Positions 23,056 to 35,841 of a stretch of 64,000 nucleotides of DNA are shown here, in pieces. The stretch is from NCBI GenBank assembly GCA_037447605.1, contig CM074812.1:868001-932000 (forward strand), given 5' to 3'. The notes below the pieces were generated by a model that did not search any database, was not told the origin of the DNA, and worked only from the letters and a program-made list of their open reading frames with translations. The stretch's first letter is position 1, and each line of letters starts with the position of its first letter. This stretch comes from Zygnema circumcarinatum SAG 698-1b. Lineage: Eukaryota; Plantae; Zygnematophyceae. The position numbers were made by a program, and so were the translations under genes.

Positions 23056-26000
23056 ATGGAGGCCGGCAGAGCGCGGGACAGGAGAGGCAGGGACAAGGAC
23101 CCCGAGAGGGAGAGGGAGATGGCGAGAGACTCAGATAGGGATAGGGATAGAGATAGGGCGAGGGAGAGCGAGAAGGAGAGGGAGAGGGAGAGGGAGAGGG
23201 AGAGGCACGGGGATAGGGATAGGGAGAGAGCCAGAGTTAGGGACAGGGACAGGGAGAGAGGGAGAGAGATGGACAGTGGTAGGGATAGACATCGGGATAG
23301 GGATAGAGATAGGGATAGGGATAGAGATAGGGACAGTGATAGGGAGAGGGCGAGGTCTAGGGATAGGGATGATGGAAGACGGCAGGAACGGGCTCGGAGC
23401 TCACGGGATCACTCCCCAGAGTCAGCTCGGGGCAACACGAGGAGCGAATTTAAACGCAGGTGCCATTTTCCCCAAGTTCCTAGGGTTATGCAAATTGCTT
23501 GTCTTCAATTCTGGACACGTTCAGAGGTATATGAAGTGTGAAATCAACATCAGCATCATTATCCGCATCGTCACCAGCTTCATCGGCTGCATTTCGGTGG
23601 TTTGAACAAGAGCAGACGTGGTCGAATAGGTTAAAGGACTTGAAAAATAGGCATCACAAATTTTGTAAATGTAGGATAACAAACAGCTCGAAAATCTGGA
23701 AAGCCCTCAGATTTTTGAACTGTAAAGTCTGAATTTTAGAAAAAACTTGATTTGTATTTTTCATCCTTTGGACACATTTGGGACATCATGAGCGCCTGCT
23801 ATTTCGTGGTCCAAGTCTCGTTGAATGTAGTGGACAGAATGGACTTAACTTGCCTACTCGTGCTTAGAAAGCTTTTCGCCACGCACCGTTCATAAGTTTA
23901 GAAGTAAATTCATGCTTTCTTTATTCAAGTATCCATAATTTTCATCCCATATGCATCACTCCCTCTAGAGAACTCGGCATTAGGAGCAGGGCTTTACTGA
24001 CCAGAGCAGCAAAGTTGCATGCTGGCTGCTGAACTTGTGAGGCCTCACCATCAGCTTAGTTTCACAACCAATTATTATGGGCACTGCTTTGAAATAGCCA
24101 ACAAGCATCTCTTATTCATTGGCGCTTTGCCAGAGGCTAGAGGCTTTGCCATACATTCATAGAGGGTCATGTTCGCAATGTGCCTTGAGTGGTTCAATAG
24201 TGTAACTCCAACAGTAGCTGTGCATTGTTGTTGAGCCAATGGAAACCAAAGGCTTGCCTTGAGACTGGAAAAAATGTAGTTTTTTAGTTGGATGAGGCTT
24301 CCAGCAGGTTTGAGAGGGTTGCCGGTCCAGCCAAAGACTATTCACTCTTCTTCGCCTCAGCCTATCTCAGGATTAGTTCGAGGTCGTAAATACATCAAAA
24401 ATTGAGTGCTGTAGCCAGCTGTATCATACTCTGTACTCTGAATTCCTTGGTAACTATACCTGACGATGCTCCCATTAAGTTAGAGCTATTGGCACTTTAA
24501 ATTCCGTCAGGGGAGCTTTAGAAATCAAGGAGAAATTTTGATCCTGCTGTATTTTTGAACACAATATGTGCTCTTGGACAACATAGTTCTGCATGCCTTC
24601 TTCATATTCGTTTGGCTTGCCCTCTCGTTCATGCATGCTCCTTTCTGGCACTCCATCCTTCGGTCGTTATGGAGGATTTGCGCGGGTCAGCCTCGCACTA
24701 GTTTTGTGCTATTGGAAGGTGACAGCTCTTCCGGTGTACCCATGTCCTTGCCTTCAGGCTTCCAACAGAATTGATCACCTCTCTTATCACAATTGCATGG
24801 TGCGGTCCCAAGTTTCTGTGAGGATTCATTATGGAGGGACAGGGGAGTTTTGTGATGAAGGGTCAACATTACGTGCAATAATTTGACGGGCAGGGGAAGG
24901 GGTGATGACACTTCAATTCCCCCATGAACTAATGAGTTGATTCCGTTAGTGCAGCACGGTGCCTTAGAATGTAGATAGCTGTTTCCCCTCGGGTTGTTTA
25001 ACTAGAAAAAGTGGTTTCACCCAAGTCAATCGGCTCGGGCTTTAGCCTACCTATAGATTGCATCAAAAACTTGAACTGAGTTCGTACTGTCTAGAACTAT
25101 AAACCTGTTTGTCCCTCTTTCGGTTGCTTCCATCATGCTCTGACTTGAGACTGCCTCCGCCGTTTCCAACAGTGAGGTACAACGACGGTGGTCGCAGGGA
25201 ACGGGGGGATGGAAGGGACGACGGGGAGGATTTAGGGAAGGAAGGAAGTCGGCGCACTCGAGATGTTGGGAGTGATGGAGAAGTTCAGGATGAGTTACCA
25301 GATGGGAAGAATAAGTGAGCTTTGCTGGCCCTGCTACCATTTTAACTATGTGGCCAGCCGATTTGGTCAGTTTGAGAGAGTGAGAAGGGGCAGAGAGGGG
25401 AGTCAGAGTGTGGGAGTGAGGACTGGTAAGGACAGAGAGCGAGCGGCTTCACAATGCAGAAGAGCAGTTGAGAAATCAGTATCTAGTGATTGGGAATGAA
25501 CTGCTATTTTCCGAGAAGCCTTTTTGTTGCTGCTTTTAGCTTTCACTGTGCAGATCATGGCAGTAGCACACACAGATTACCCGGTTAAATATCATGTTGT
25601 GTATCAATACCATGTGTCGGCCACTAGGTGATGTTGGTGAATTATCATTACCTCAGTGTTCAGTTAACTACCTCAAAATACGCAGGTCTGAAGAAGCAAG
25701 AGCTGACTTTCTTCCAAATCATCGAAGTTGCTTGTACACAATCTGTGAGAAGTATGTATGATGAATAAGACTTGTCCAGCTTGAAAATTTAGGATGGATG
25801 GAGGTGAGCGAGAAAGGGAAGACGGGCCTGGACATCATGTCGCTGCGGAGGGCGGCTCAATTGCAGCCATGGAGACTGCTGCAAAGGAGCTGGAGAAGAA
25901 GGAAACCAAGAAGGTGCTTGAACTGCTTAGCTCTGACTAGCTTTGGCCCGAAGCCGATTTATGAGCGGGTGAATAAGATGAGTGGTTGTCAAGAAGTAAT

Positions 26001-28670
26001 GGCACATAGAAATTAGTAATCTAACTAGGCTCGGACTTCTCTCTGTTTTTTGCAGGTGGAACCGACCTTCGCATTATCTGGAAAACTGGCAGAGGAGACG
26101 AATAGAGTTCGAGGTGCAGAACCTGATGATTTCCTTTTTTAAGTATCTTCAAGTGTTGGATAGTCGGTTACCTTTGCTAAAGAATCACAATGTCTGTTGT
26201 TGAAGTTACTATATGGCACTGCTTCATAGTTTGCTGGACATGGATATGGAAAGGGGCACTTCTTTTCTCGAGCATGGACATGTTGCATTTTGTGTCGCTG
26301 TTTGAACTGGAACTTAAGCTGGGCTTTCTTTTCCCCAGTTGATATAGTTTTTGTTCCATCATTCGGCTGCTGTATGATCAGCAACATTAATCCTTCAAAT
26401 TCCCGTTCTGCTCTACCTCGCAGATGAGGATGTGACATGCATAGTCTAAGTCCATCTCCTCCCTGGAAAGGGTCCAACTTCTCGCTGCTTAAGAAGTGTG
26501 TGAATTGACCTGCTGAGTGCATTCTATCATTACAGGTGTCACCTTGCTATTCACTGAGCCCCCCGAAGCTCGCAAACCAACCACAAGATGGCGCTTATAT
26601 GTGTTTAAGGATGGCGAGCCTCAGAATGGTATCTTTTCCATTCACTGACCATTTGTCCGCACTCTTTAGCTTTTACATCTAATTGCTTTAGCTTCTGAGC
26701 TAGAGTAAAAAGTTAAGCTTTTGTCAATAAGGTAAGCTTCACCGCTTATTTCTGACCAGTTCCACTGTTGAGGGATTGGGTCATCAGAGCCACTGTACGT
26801 CCACCGGCAGAGTGCGTACCTCTTTGGGCGGGAGAGGAGGGTAAGTTGTCACAATTTCTCCCTCTATGGGTATGCAGTTTCTTTACGCCTGTCCTCTCAG
26901 CTAACTCAGTTTTGGTTTATTCAAGTTTTTGAATGTGTTATTTTGGGCAGTTCACAGAGGTCAAAGTGGTGCCATTCATTCATTCCTCTTCGGAGATTGC
27001 AGGTAGCGGATGTCCCCACAGACCATCCGTCCTGCAGCAAGCAGCACGCTGTTCTACAGTATAGGTGAGTGGCTAAAATCCCGATGAGAACTTACAATCC
27101 CTAAAATCCCTAAAATCACTTTCCTGCATGCAGTTATCTATTAGTGGCGGATGTCTGTGTTCCGCATGATCTCATCTCCTTTTTCAAATTTCAATACCAG
27201 AATTTGTGGTGATGAGTTCAGGATGCAGGAGGGAGAAGGAAGAGGACACAGAAACCATAATAAGCTCATTGTTGAAAGCAATGGAAGGCGTATCTGTAGC
27301 AATAGAGACACGCATTGTTTGGGAACATTCTGTTCCTTTCTTTATGTAAATTTCGGATTGTCTTGTTGGTGTGTGCAGAATGATGCAGATAGAGGATGAC
27401 AATTTTAATACAAAAAGCATTGTTAAGTGAGTCAATCATCAACCCTTCACACGAGCTCGCGGAGTCCCTTTACAGCTTGATCGATAGTCCTATAAGAAGC
27501 AGCTTCATTCTCACCTGCAATTTGTCGTTTGATGCTTGGCGTCTCCCTTACTGGAGAGAGGGCTACTCCCTTTGGGCTGTAAAACAATGTTCTCTCAGTC
27601 ATGTTGTTTCTGTTCTTATTTTATTGTTGTTATTTTTTGAACCAATTTTGGCTTTTATTCATGCCGTTATGTGTCTCATACGGACCGGATCGGAATTGAT
27701 GGGAATTCTGTGTTGTGTACAGACCCTACGTCATGGACTTGGGCAGCACTAACGGCACGTATCTCAATGTATGAGACATGCCACCCAACTTCCTCCTTTG
27801 ATAGTTACTTCTCTTCCCTGATACATACCTGAACCCGTTCTATTAACCTTTGACAGATAGCTTTTCTTGCTCAGAGATGCTGCGTTTCCGTTCAACGGAG
27901 TTTTTTTCCGACATGGAGAGGGAAAGGTGGGGTTTTGTTGTGCAGTCTGAGAGAATTGAGCCGCACCGCTACTACGAGCTCTTGGAAAAGGATACCCTTA
28001 AATTCGGAAATAGCAGGTGGGCCGTTTTTTTCTTCTTTTCTGTGCCTGTAGAGGCCTGCCACCTTGTTTCTTGGCTGCTCCCTGTTCTATGCTGAACTGA
28101 TTGTTATTGTATCTTTGATTCGGGGTGAGGGTTAGGGCTGGGGTCAGTTTACAGTTAGTGTCAGGTTTAGGGTAAGGGGTAGGGTTACGGTTAAGTTAGG
28201 CGTAGGGTTAGGGTTCGGTTTACGGAGGTTAAGAATTAAAACCAGGGTTAGGGGTTAGGGTTAGGGTTAGGGTTAGGGTTAGGGTTAGGGTTAGGGTTAG
28301 GGTTAGGGTTAGGGTTAGGGTTAGGGTTAGGGTTAGGGTTAGGGTTAGGGTTAGGGTTAGGGTTAGGGTTAGGGTTAGGGTTAGGGTTAGGGTTAGGATA
28401 AGGGTTAGAGTGGGGGTCAGCTTCAGGGTCAGGGTCAGGGTTAGTGTTAGAGTTAGGAGGATTAGGGTTAAGGTTAGGGTGAGGGTTAGGGTTAGGGTTA
28501 GTGTTAGGGCTAGGAGGATTAGGGTTAGGGTTAGCGTCAGGTTTGGTTTATTGCACCACTTGTTGAGGGTTTGGGCCACTCTTGCACTTTTTTTTCGCTA
28601 ACTGATTCTATGTGCTTGTTCTGCGAGCAGTCGGGAATATGTTATCCTGCACGAGAATTCGGCCGCGTGA
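23056..28670 (+). CDS. DDL: DAWDLE / SNIP1, FHA-domain RES-complex protein
   Basis: RD/RE-rich N-terminus, then exons [123 protein letters not shown], and last exon 28631-28670 ([13 protein letters not shown]). Start codon is tentative. Confidence 0.93.
24570..24840 (+). mobile_element. possible second degenerate non-LTR RT fragment inside a DDL intron
   Basis: Weak, frame-broken similarity to the same RT segment (…GQPRTS…[11 protein letters not shown]…PSFCEDSL). Confidence 0.3.
28255..28392 (+). repeat. interstitial telomeric repeat (TTAGGG)23 with degenerate flanks (about 28125-28540), in the last DDL intron
   Basis: 23 perfect hexamers counted; TCAGGG, TTAGTG and TGAGGG variants lie on both sides. 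Confidence 0.95.
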
Positions 28671-28957
28671 CCCCCCCCCCCTTTTTTTTTTCCCTACATT
28701 GGATTCTTCGTAGTAGCTTCTTCTGAAGAGAAAGGCGAACGAATGGAGGACCCGCCAGTGGAGCAGGGACGCGGCTTAAAAAAAAAAAAAACGGCACTTG
28801 GAAGAAACTGCTGCAAAATGGTTTTGGGCTGTTCGGATGTTTTGTACGGAAGACATTTTTTTCTCCAAAATTTGGAAGTACGATGGCTGAATAATGCGGT
28901 GAGGATGATACTGGAAACGTGAGTGGGATGAGATATGGCGCCATCTGCCAATGTGTT

Positions 28958-29152
28958 TCTCTCTCTCTCTCTCACTCTCTCTGTCTCTTTCTCTCTCTCA
29001 CTCTCTTTTTCTCTCTCTCACTCTCTCTCTTTCTCTCGCTCTCCCTTTCTCTCTCTCACTCTCGCTCTCTGTCTCTCACTCTCTCTCTCTTTCTCTCTCT
29101 CACTCTCTCTTTCTCTCTCTCACTCTCTCCCTTCCTCTCTCGCTCCCTCACA
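28958..29152 (+). repeat. compound (CT)n/(CTCA) microsatellite
   Basis: Directly visible; source of the SLSL ORFs. Confidence 0.9.
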
Positions 29153-29329
29153 CACACTGACCCCCATAACAGGGTTATTGAGGAACTTAGCACCCTGCCT
29201 TGCAATCTAAGAACCCTGCAATCTCCTCCATGTCTACTCTGCTCCTGAAACCAAAAGGAAAAATCGCGAGTTTTGTATTAGGGCGGGTTTCCATTGTGGG
29301 TACTTTGTATACTTTGGGTAATACGATGG

Positions 29330-29382
29330 CTAATCAAGGATTGCCACGTGTACATGCGTCCGACGTGGCGAGCTTGGATTGG
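29330..29382. promoter_or_regulatory. inverted pair of CCAAT-N9-CCACG-like elements
   Basis: CTAAT-N9-CCACG on +; exact on -. The spacer is similar to the copy at 6528. Confidence 0.5.
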
Positions 29383-29905
29383 TTCATCTGTAAACTAAGA
29401 CCCTATTGAAGTTGATTTCTCAAGATTCACCTACTCGTGGTTTCCAACAAATCCCAGACTCCCATGTGTTTTGGAACTAAGTGACGTCATATTATCATTT
29501 ATGACATCACCGTCGCAAATAGGGTTTACGCCGGTACGGTCCCCTGCCAAAAGCCAAAGGCCGTCGTCAAGGGAAAGGTGAGGAGCCGTACAAGTACGGT
29601 ATTGGAGAGCAAAAGTCCCGGCTTTCCTTGTGGATCCAGAGTCTAGGACCCGTCCAGACCAATGGGGCATCACCACGTCAGCTTGAATTTTTCTTGCTGG
29701 AGCTGCTTGCAAGGGTGACCAAGGAAAGTATCCCCGTCCGAACGGTCAACAAAGAAACTATTTTTTAGCTGAATTGTCCCACGTGACTCGTCGCGTTGGA
29801 TAATGCTTGTGTTTTTTTTTTTTTTTTTAATGAAAGGCGCGAAACTATTTTCATATGAGCCAGCTGCCAAGCACCATAGTGTATGCTTACGTAACTCGCA
29901 CTCAT

Positions 29906-30066
29906 TAGGGGGTGTCAGACTTAAAAAATTTCAGTACGCGTGTTCGTAAGTTTGACATCAGAACGAGTACTCCAGTATAATGGCGATCCTCCCGCGGCGG
30001 AGTACTTTCGTAACCTTTTTTTTCGTAACGCTTTTCGTAAGATTTTGTTAAGTCTGACACCCCCTA
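29906..30066. mobile_element. MITE, about 160 bp, with perfect terminal inverted repeats and a possible TA target-site duplication
   Basis: TAGGGGGTGTCAGACTTAA (29906-29924) / TTAAGTCTGACACCCCCTA (30048-30066). TTCGTAA is repeated four times internally. Confidence 0.75.
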
Positions 30067-30157
30067 TTGGCCAGAGAATCGTTAGCGCATTTTTATTCGT
30101 ACAATTTCCGTCGGCTCGCATCCTTGTGGACGCGCAAAACCAAAACGTATGTATCCG

Positions 30158-30208
30158 CCAATCATCGGTCGCCACGTAAGAAAATTACACGTGGCGCGTT
30201 ACTAGTGG
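30158..30208. promoter_or_regulatory. inverted pair of CCAAT-N9-CCACG-like elements upstream of DCP5
   Basis: Exact on + (30158-30176); CCACT-N9-CCACG on -. Confidence 0.5.
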
Positions 30209-30531
30209 ATGGTGCTCGCAACAAAAAAAATATCCTCTTAATTTCCATGTGGACTCGAATTCACTGTATTTTCCAAACTGGAATGCCACAGCGTCACATG
30301 TGACGAGGCCTCCCTTGGCCCTTATAGGGGTTGTGGGACCGTTGAAGGCTCTTCCCTATCTTCGCCACGATTCCCTCCCTCCCTCTCCCTCGCTCTCTCG
30401 CTCGCTTTCTCGCTCGCTTTCTCTCGCTCTTGCTCTCTCTCTCTCCCTCTACTCCCCGCAGCTCCTCTCTCTCTCCCCCCTGTCTGCCGGATACAGCAGA
30501 GGCGGCGCTTGCCCGCAGAGCAAGCAGGGCC

Positions 30532-32938
30532 ATGGCGGACGGGGGAGGCGGCTCCTCCGCTGCGGACTCGTACATAGGAAGTTTGATTAGTCTGACATCT
30601 AAGAGTGAAATTCGCTATGAAGGAACGCTGTATACTGTGGACACGGAGCAGGCCAACATAGCTCTTGCAAACGGTAGGAAATTTCTACAAGTAGCTGGCA
30701 GAGTCGCGCAGGCTGGTGGATTTGTATCATTCGCATGCATGCTTAATAGTCATTGTTGTAGTTGAGGTGAAAAGTTGTAGATAAATGAGTATTTGGATGC
30801 TCGTCAGGTGGTGGAGGTGTGAAATTAGGGTTAGTGCTTGGAGGGAGCACGCTTTGCTGCAGTGTTCTGGAGGCGTTGCGCAATTGGCAGAGATTAGGTC
30901 TTAGAAATTGTGGAAAAACTTTCTGACTCCTTCTCAGCGTTTTTGGCATAGCGTTTGGTTTCGTAATGTCGGTTTGTCAGCATTTTATGTCACTCATGCT
31001 GTCTTCTTGTATCAGTTCTTGTCTTTGACGCTTACTCTCCGAGAACATGTATGTATGTACAGTGCGCTCGTTCGGCACAGAGGGAAGGAAGAAAGACGGA
31101 CCGCAGATTCCGCCTAGTGAAAAAGTATACGATTACATCATCTTTCGTGGCTCTGACATAAAGGTGATCATTTCCCGCAGTCGCTTAATTTTCTGGAAAA
31201 TAACTTATAGTGATGGGAGGTATTCCCTCGAACTTCACTACTTGCGGCAAGACTTTTCGAAGGGATGAGGGTGGGCTCAGAACTGGACGTTTTTCTGTGA
31301 ATGAGTTTCGAAGTCAGCCATTGATGTTTTGAGCTTGTAGCCGGAGTCGTTGCATCCGGAGGTTCTCATTTTCCTAGTCGGTTTGGAACTGACTAATCGA
31401 GGAATGCATGCAATATTGTTTTCCACTCCCTTCCAGTTCCTCCAGTTTGAATCCCTTCCTCAGGGAAAATGTCGTTGTTTCTCCAAGGGCAGATGTAGGT
31501 GCCTAGATGAAAGAGGGAGATGGACATTCTTACAGATGTAGAAGTGTCAATCGCTTCCTGAGTTTGGGAATTACCTTCTCTGAATTCCGATAGTCCAATA
31601 TCTAGTAGTGTGTGCGTTGTCGTTTGGAAATGATTTATCCTTTTTTAGCATTTTGTTGTTATTAGGTAGGGGCTATTGCGTGATTTGTTTTTCAAATTGG
31701 TCTCTTTCTCAGTTGTGTACTTCAAGAAACAATTCTTAACATTTGGCTTGGACATGAACAGGATTTGCAAGTGAAATCCTCTCCGCCGCCCCCAACTCAG
31801 CAGCATATAGCAAGTGATCCTGCTATCGTGAGCCAGGTATGCTTTCTCTGGGAAAGTCATTCGTTTGTACATTTTTGGCCCATGGTTGCAATCATCAGTG
31901 TCAAGGTATTGATCTGGTGGCAACTGCTTTGTGAGGTTCAGCTCAGCTGCAATTGTGCACTGACTGTGAAGGCTTACATTCGTGCTATGTCTGATTTATT
32001 CATTTGCAAATGTGTGCTGCTAGTCTCAACTCGACATTCCCATTTTGAAGACAGAATTGTTTCGCTTTTCCACTTCACTGGCAGTGTACTGTCATATGCC
32101 TGACAGCTCCTGTTGTGCACTGTCTGATGCATGAAAATGCTCAGTTTGCCAGTAGATTGTGATTGAGCTACTGTGAATCTTTAGAAATTTATCGCAAAGA
32201 TTTGAACGTTGGTTTGCGAGACTCAAGGGTTGACTGAAGATGATGATGACTCGGTTACTCTTCTCTTGAAAGAAGTGACGCTTTTCGTTGAAGTTTTGTA
32301 TGATTCTAGTTTGTGACATTAGGATATGATAATGTCATCTCAAATCCCAATGTTTTCTGAAGCCAGCAGATTAGATCTGCAGCTTTTAACGACCATTTAC
32401 TCAGGAGAGTTGATTCAGTTTTAAATTTCCCTGCATTTACTGGCAAAAACATCCTGACCTTATGTTTGAGATCATAAATTTTTCTTATTGTTGATGTGAT
32501 ACCTATGCAGACACATTTTCTGCAGCCTCCACCTGCACCCCCTGTTGCTGGTCCAGCACAATATGGGGCACCGGCGGCAGCTTCTGCTCCGCAGCCATCT
32601 GAAGGTAGTGCTGCAGCTCCTCAGCAGTACAGTACAATTCCTCCATCCGCTTTCCGCCCGGGCATGCCGGCTGCCCAAATGTATCAAACCGCGCCTCCAA
32701 TATCCGGCATGTGGGCACCACCTCCTGTTGGCGCCCCTCCAGGCAGTTTGGGTGCACCTCCACCTGTGTATTGGCAAAGTTATTATAGGGGCCCTGCTGG
32801 TCAACTTCAACCTGGTCCCCCTGGACCACCACTACAAGGACAGCCGCCTCACATGCAGCAGCCATCTATGATGCCCCCACAACAGCAGCCGCAGCAACAG
32901 TATGCAACTGCTCCGCATCAGCCTCCACCTGGACTTGG

Positions 32939-32996
<58 letters not shown>

Positions 32997-35841
32997 GTTC
33001 AGTCTCAACTTCAGCCACTTCCAGCATCGCAGCAATTGCAGCTGCACCCTCAGCCTCACCCTCAGCTTCAGTCTCAGCTGCAGTCGCAGCCCCCGCCTCA
33101 GTCACAGCCTCAGCCTCAACCTCAGGCTCAGCCATCGGCTCAACTGGCCCAAGCACAGCAATCTGTACAGCTGCAGCAGCCTCTTGCTCCTCTATCTGCC
33201 GGAGCTCCTTCACTTCCTCTACCCTCGCAGCCGACCGGGTCGTCATTGCACGCTTCTGCTGCATCAGGTGTGACTCAGTTCGGTTCAGGCTGAACCAACG
33301 TTCAGCATAGAAATGCCTTTTATACCTTTTTTTGCAAATGAATCAGCTTCTTCTGAAAGTGGACATGTATTGTCCACACGAGGTCCGGTCGATGCCACTG
33401 CTTTCGCTTCTATTGCTGTTACTTTGCCCGTCTTTGATTCGCCAGTCCCGTCACTGGCATAAGACTCAGTTGTCCCTCAATCAACTGGCTATGGTGGGCC
33501 TTCTTCAGATTTAAACCAGCTTCTGACTCATCTTATTGGTCCTGCTGTGGCCATTGCATTCTATTCTATTCATCTCCCCACAGGCTCGACGGCGATTGGC
33601 GACGCCTCTTCAAATAAGGTTACGGAGACTCCCATTTTGGGATCCAACCAGCCGCAATCGCAGTTATCGGCAGATGCGGCAGATGCGGCGACAGGTTGGG
33701 ACACCGCACCAGGTTTTGCACCTGTTGCTCCGTCGATCTTGTCTCAAACACAACGGCAGCAGCAGCAGTCGCAAAGATCGGGCTGGGACGCACCAGCTGC
33801 AGAGCCAGTTCTGTCAGTGCCTTCACTGACAGCATCCACAACCTCAACACAGCCTCTACTTCCCCTCCCCACAAGTGGACTGCAGAGTTCCCCGCAGGTC
33901 TGTACTCCTACTACATAGGCATGTAGTGTTAATAGCCCTTTTCAAAGCATGCGAGCCTGCCTATTTGGGCTAATTTGCAATAGTAGGGGAACCTATGATT
34001 TGGCCACGACTCCTTCGCACAAGTAATCGGATTATTACATTTTGTTGAAATTCTCATTTCTTTGTCGTTTGGCCAACAGAGACGGAATCTTGGAGGATAT
34101 GTGGCTGGACGAGGGCTTGCCTGGCAGGTGGGCTAAGCAGCTGTTACTTTATACTGCGCATGGTCGAATCTTCTTTGCTGATAGGATGTTTAGGAGGCAC
34201 TGGTGGAAGTTTTCATTTGTAGATCTGAACTTAAGCTTTCTGCAGTTGGAGTTCTGGTGTGTTTAGTGTACTTGAGGGATGGTATGCAAGCGGGTGGGTA
34301 AAGTTTTCCTCAGGCCTGTGTTTCAATGGCTTTCATCTTGGAGGATGCCTTTGAACATCGCTTGAAATCCGTCCGGGCTGTTTTCCTGCAGGGAAATGGT
34401 GGACCTGTTGCACCAATGGGTTATGGCAGGAGAGGAGGGCGTGGAAGGGGGCCGTTCAATCCAGGGAGGGGTCCGCAGGTATATTATCATCGATCATATG
34501 GTCATAGGCATGTGCTTCGTATGTGTATGTTCAAGTTTTGTTTTATCTTTGTCGTAGTGAGTGCTGGTTTTGCAGCCTGCTGAAAAGCTGGAGATAAACA
34601 TACTGCCATGTGCAGTTGAGTTGTTGGGTTTATAGTAGATGTTTTTTTTTTTTTTTTTTTTTTTGGTTTTTGGCTATTTTCCGGATCATTTGAATGGTTT
34701 GGACGGAGTGTCCACAGCATCCCTTTCTGTGAAGCAGCTCATTCATTCTCGTTTGTGTATGCGGCCGGGGGGATACATGCAGACGTTCTCAGAGGATTTT
34801 GATTTTGAAGCAATGAATGAAAAATTCAAGAAGGACGAGGTCTGGGGAGAACTCGGAGGCGGGTCAAAGGCTCCGGAGGCGGAGTTAAAGTTCGAAAATG
34901 GCACAATGAATGCAGATGATGTCGAGGTCGACCATGCTGATGGGGAGGGCATAGTGACAGCAGGCGAGGAAGCAGACAATTCCGGATCAGAGAAGTCGAA
35001 GGTGGGATTGACACATCTTAACCTTTTCGTTAGATGTTTCTGTATCCTTCAAAAAATTTGGTGCAAAGGTGGACTGGCTTCGGGCATGATTATCAGGATT
35101 GTTATTCATACATTCGCTGTGTTTCATATGTTACAAAATTTGTGGTGTTTCGAATAGACACTTGTCCATAAAAAATTGATGAGGTGCTCTAGATTTTGAA
35201 CAGCAAACACAGGTAAGGGAGGTCGTTGCTCATTTTCAACTTGTGTTTATGTCGAACAGACCATGCTGTACACCAAAGATGACTTCTTTGACGGTATTTC
35301 ATGCGACGCACTTGATCGAGCCGGGAGGTCCGACCGTGCCAGCTTTTCAGAGCAGCGGAGGGTGGACGTCGAGGTACTTCTTCCCCTCATATTTTGCATT
35401 TTGTCAGAATCGCATGCTGGAAAACTATTGGCACCGACAGTGTACCTGTAGCAGCATACTAATTCTTTACTGATGAGGTATGTTCAGACCTTCGGCAATG
35501 TGATCATGCGCTCCAACCGAGGCGGTCGCGGAGGCCGGGGAGGCCGACGAGGAGGCTATGGTTCTGGAGGGGGAGGAGGATTTTATGGGGGTAACAACCG
35601 AGTGAATTCATACTATGGTGGAGGAGGTGGCGGCTATGGAGGAGGTGGCGGCTATGGAGGTGGTGGCGGCTATGGAGGTGGTGGCGGTTATGGAAGGGGG
35701 GGTTACGGTGGAAGGTACGGTTCATCTGATGGGTCTGTCCGGAATGTTCCAAATACGTCTATGGATGATGCATTCGCTCAAGCCAGAGGGGGATACAACC
35801 GTGGGGCACAAAACAAACCACATGCAGCAGCCCTGAACTGA
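30532..35841 (+). CDS. DCP5: Decapping 5 / LSM14 (Scd6) P-body protein
   Basis: LSM14 domain [21 protein letters not shown]...[38 protein letters not shown] (exons 30532-30673, 31063-31163, 31762-31836); P/Q-rich middle; FDF ([22 protein letters not shown]), FFD ([12 protein letters not shown]) and TFG boxes; RGG tail. Confidence 0.95.
32940..32996 (+). repeat. (CAG)n tract encoding Q19 in DCP5
   Basis: 19 Gln codons, one of them CAA. Confidence 0.9.

Noticed and set aside
28255-28392. True chromosome end
   Set aside because: The DDL last exon (28631-28670) and 35 kb of further genes follow, so the array is interstitial.
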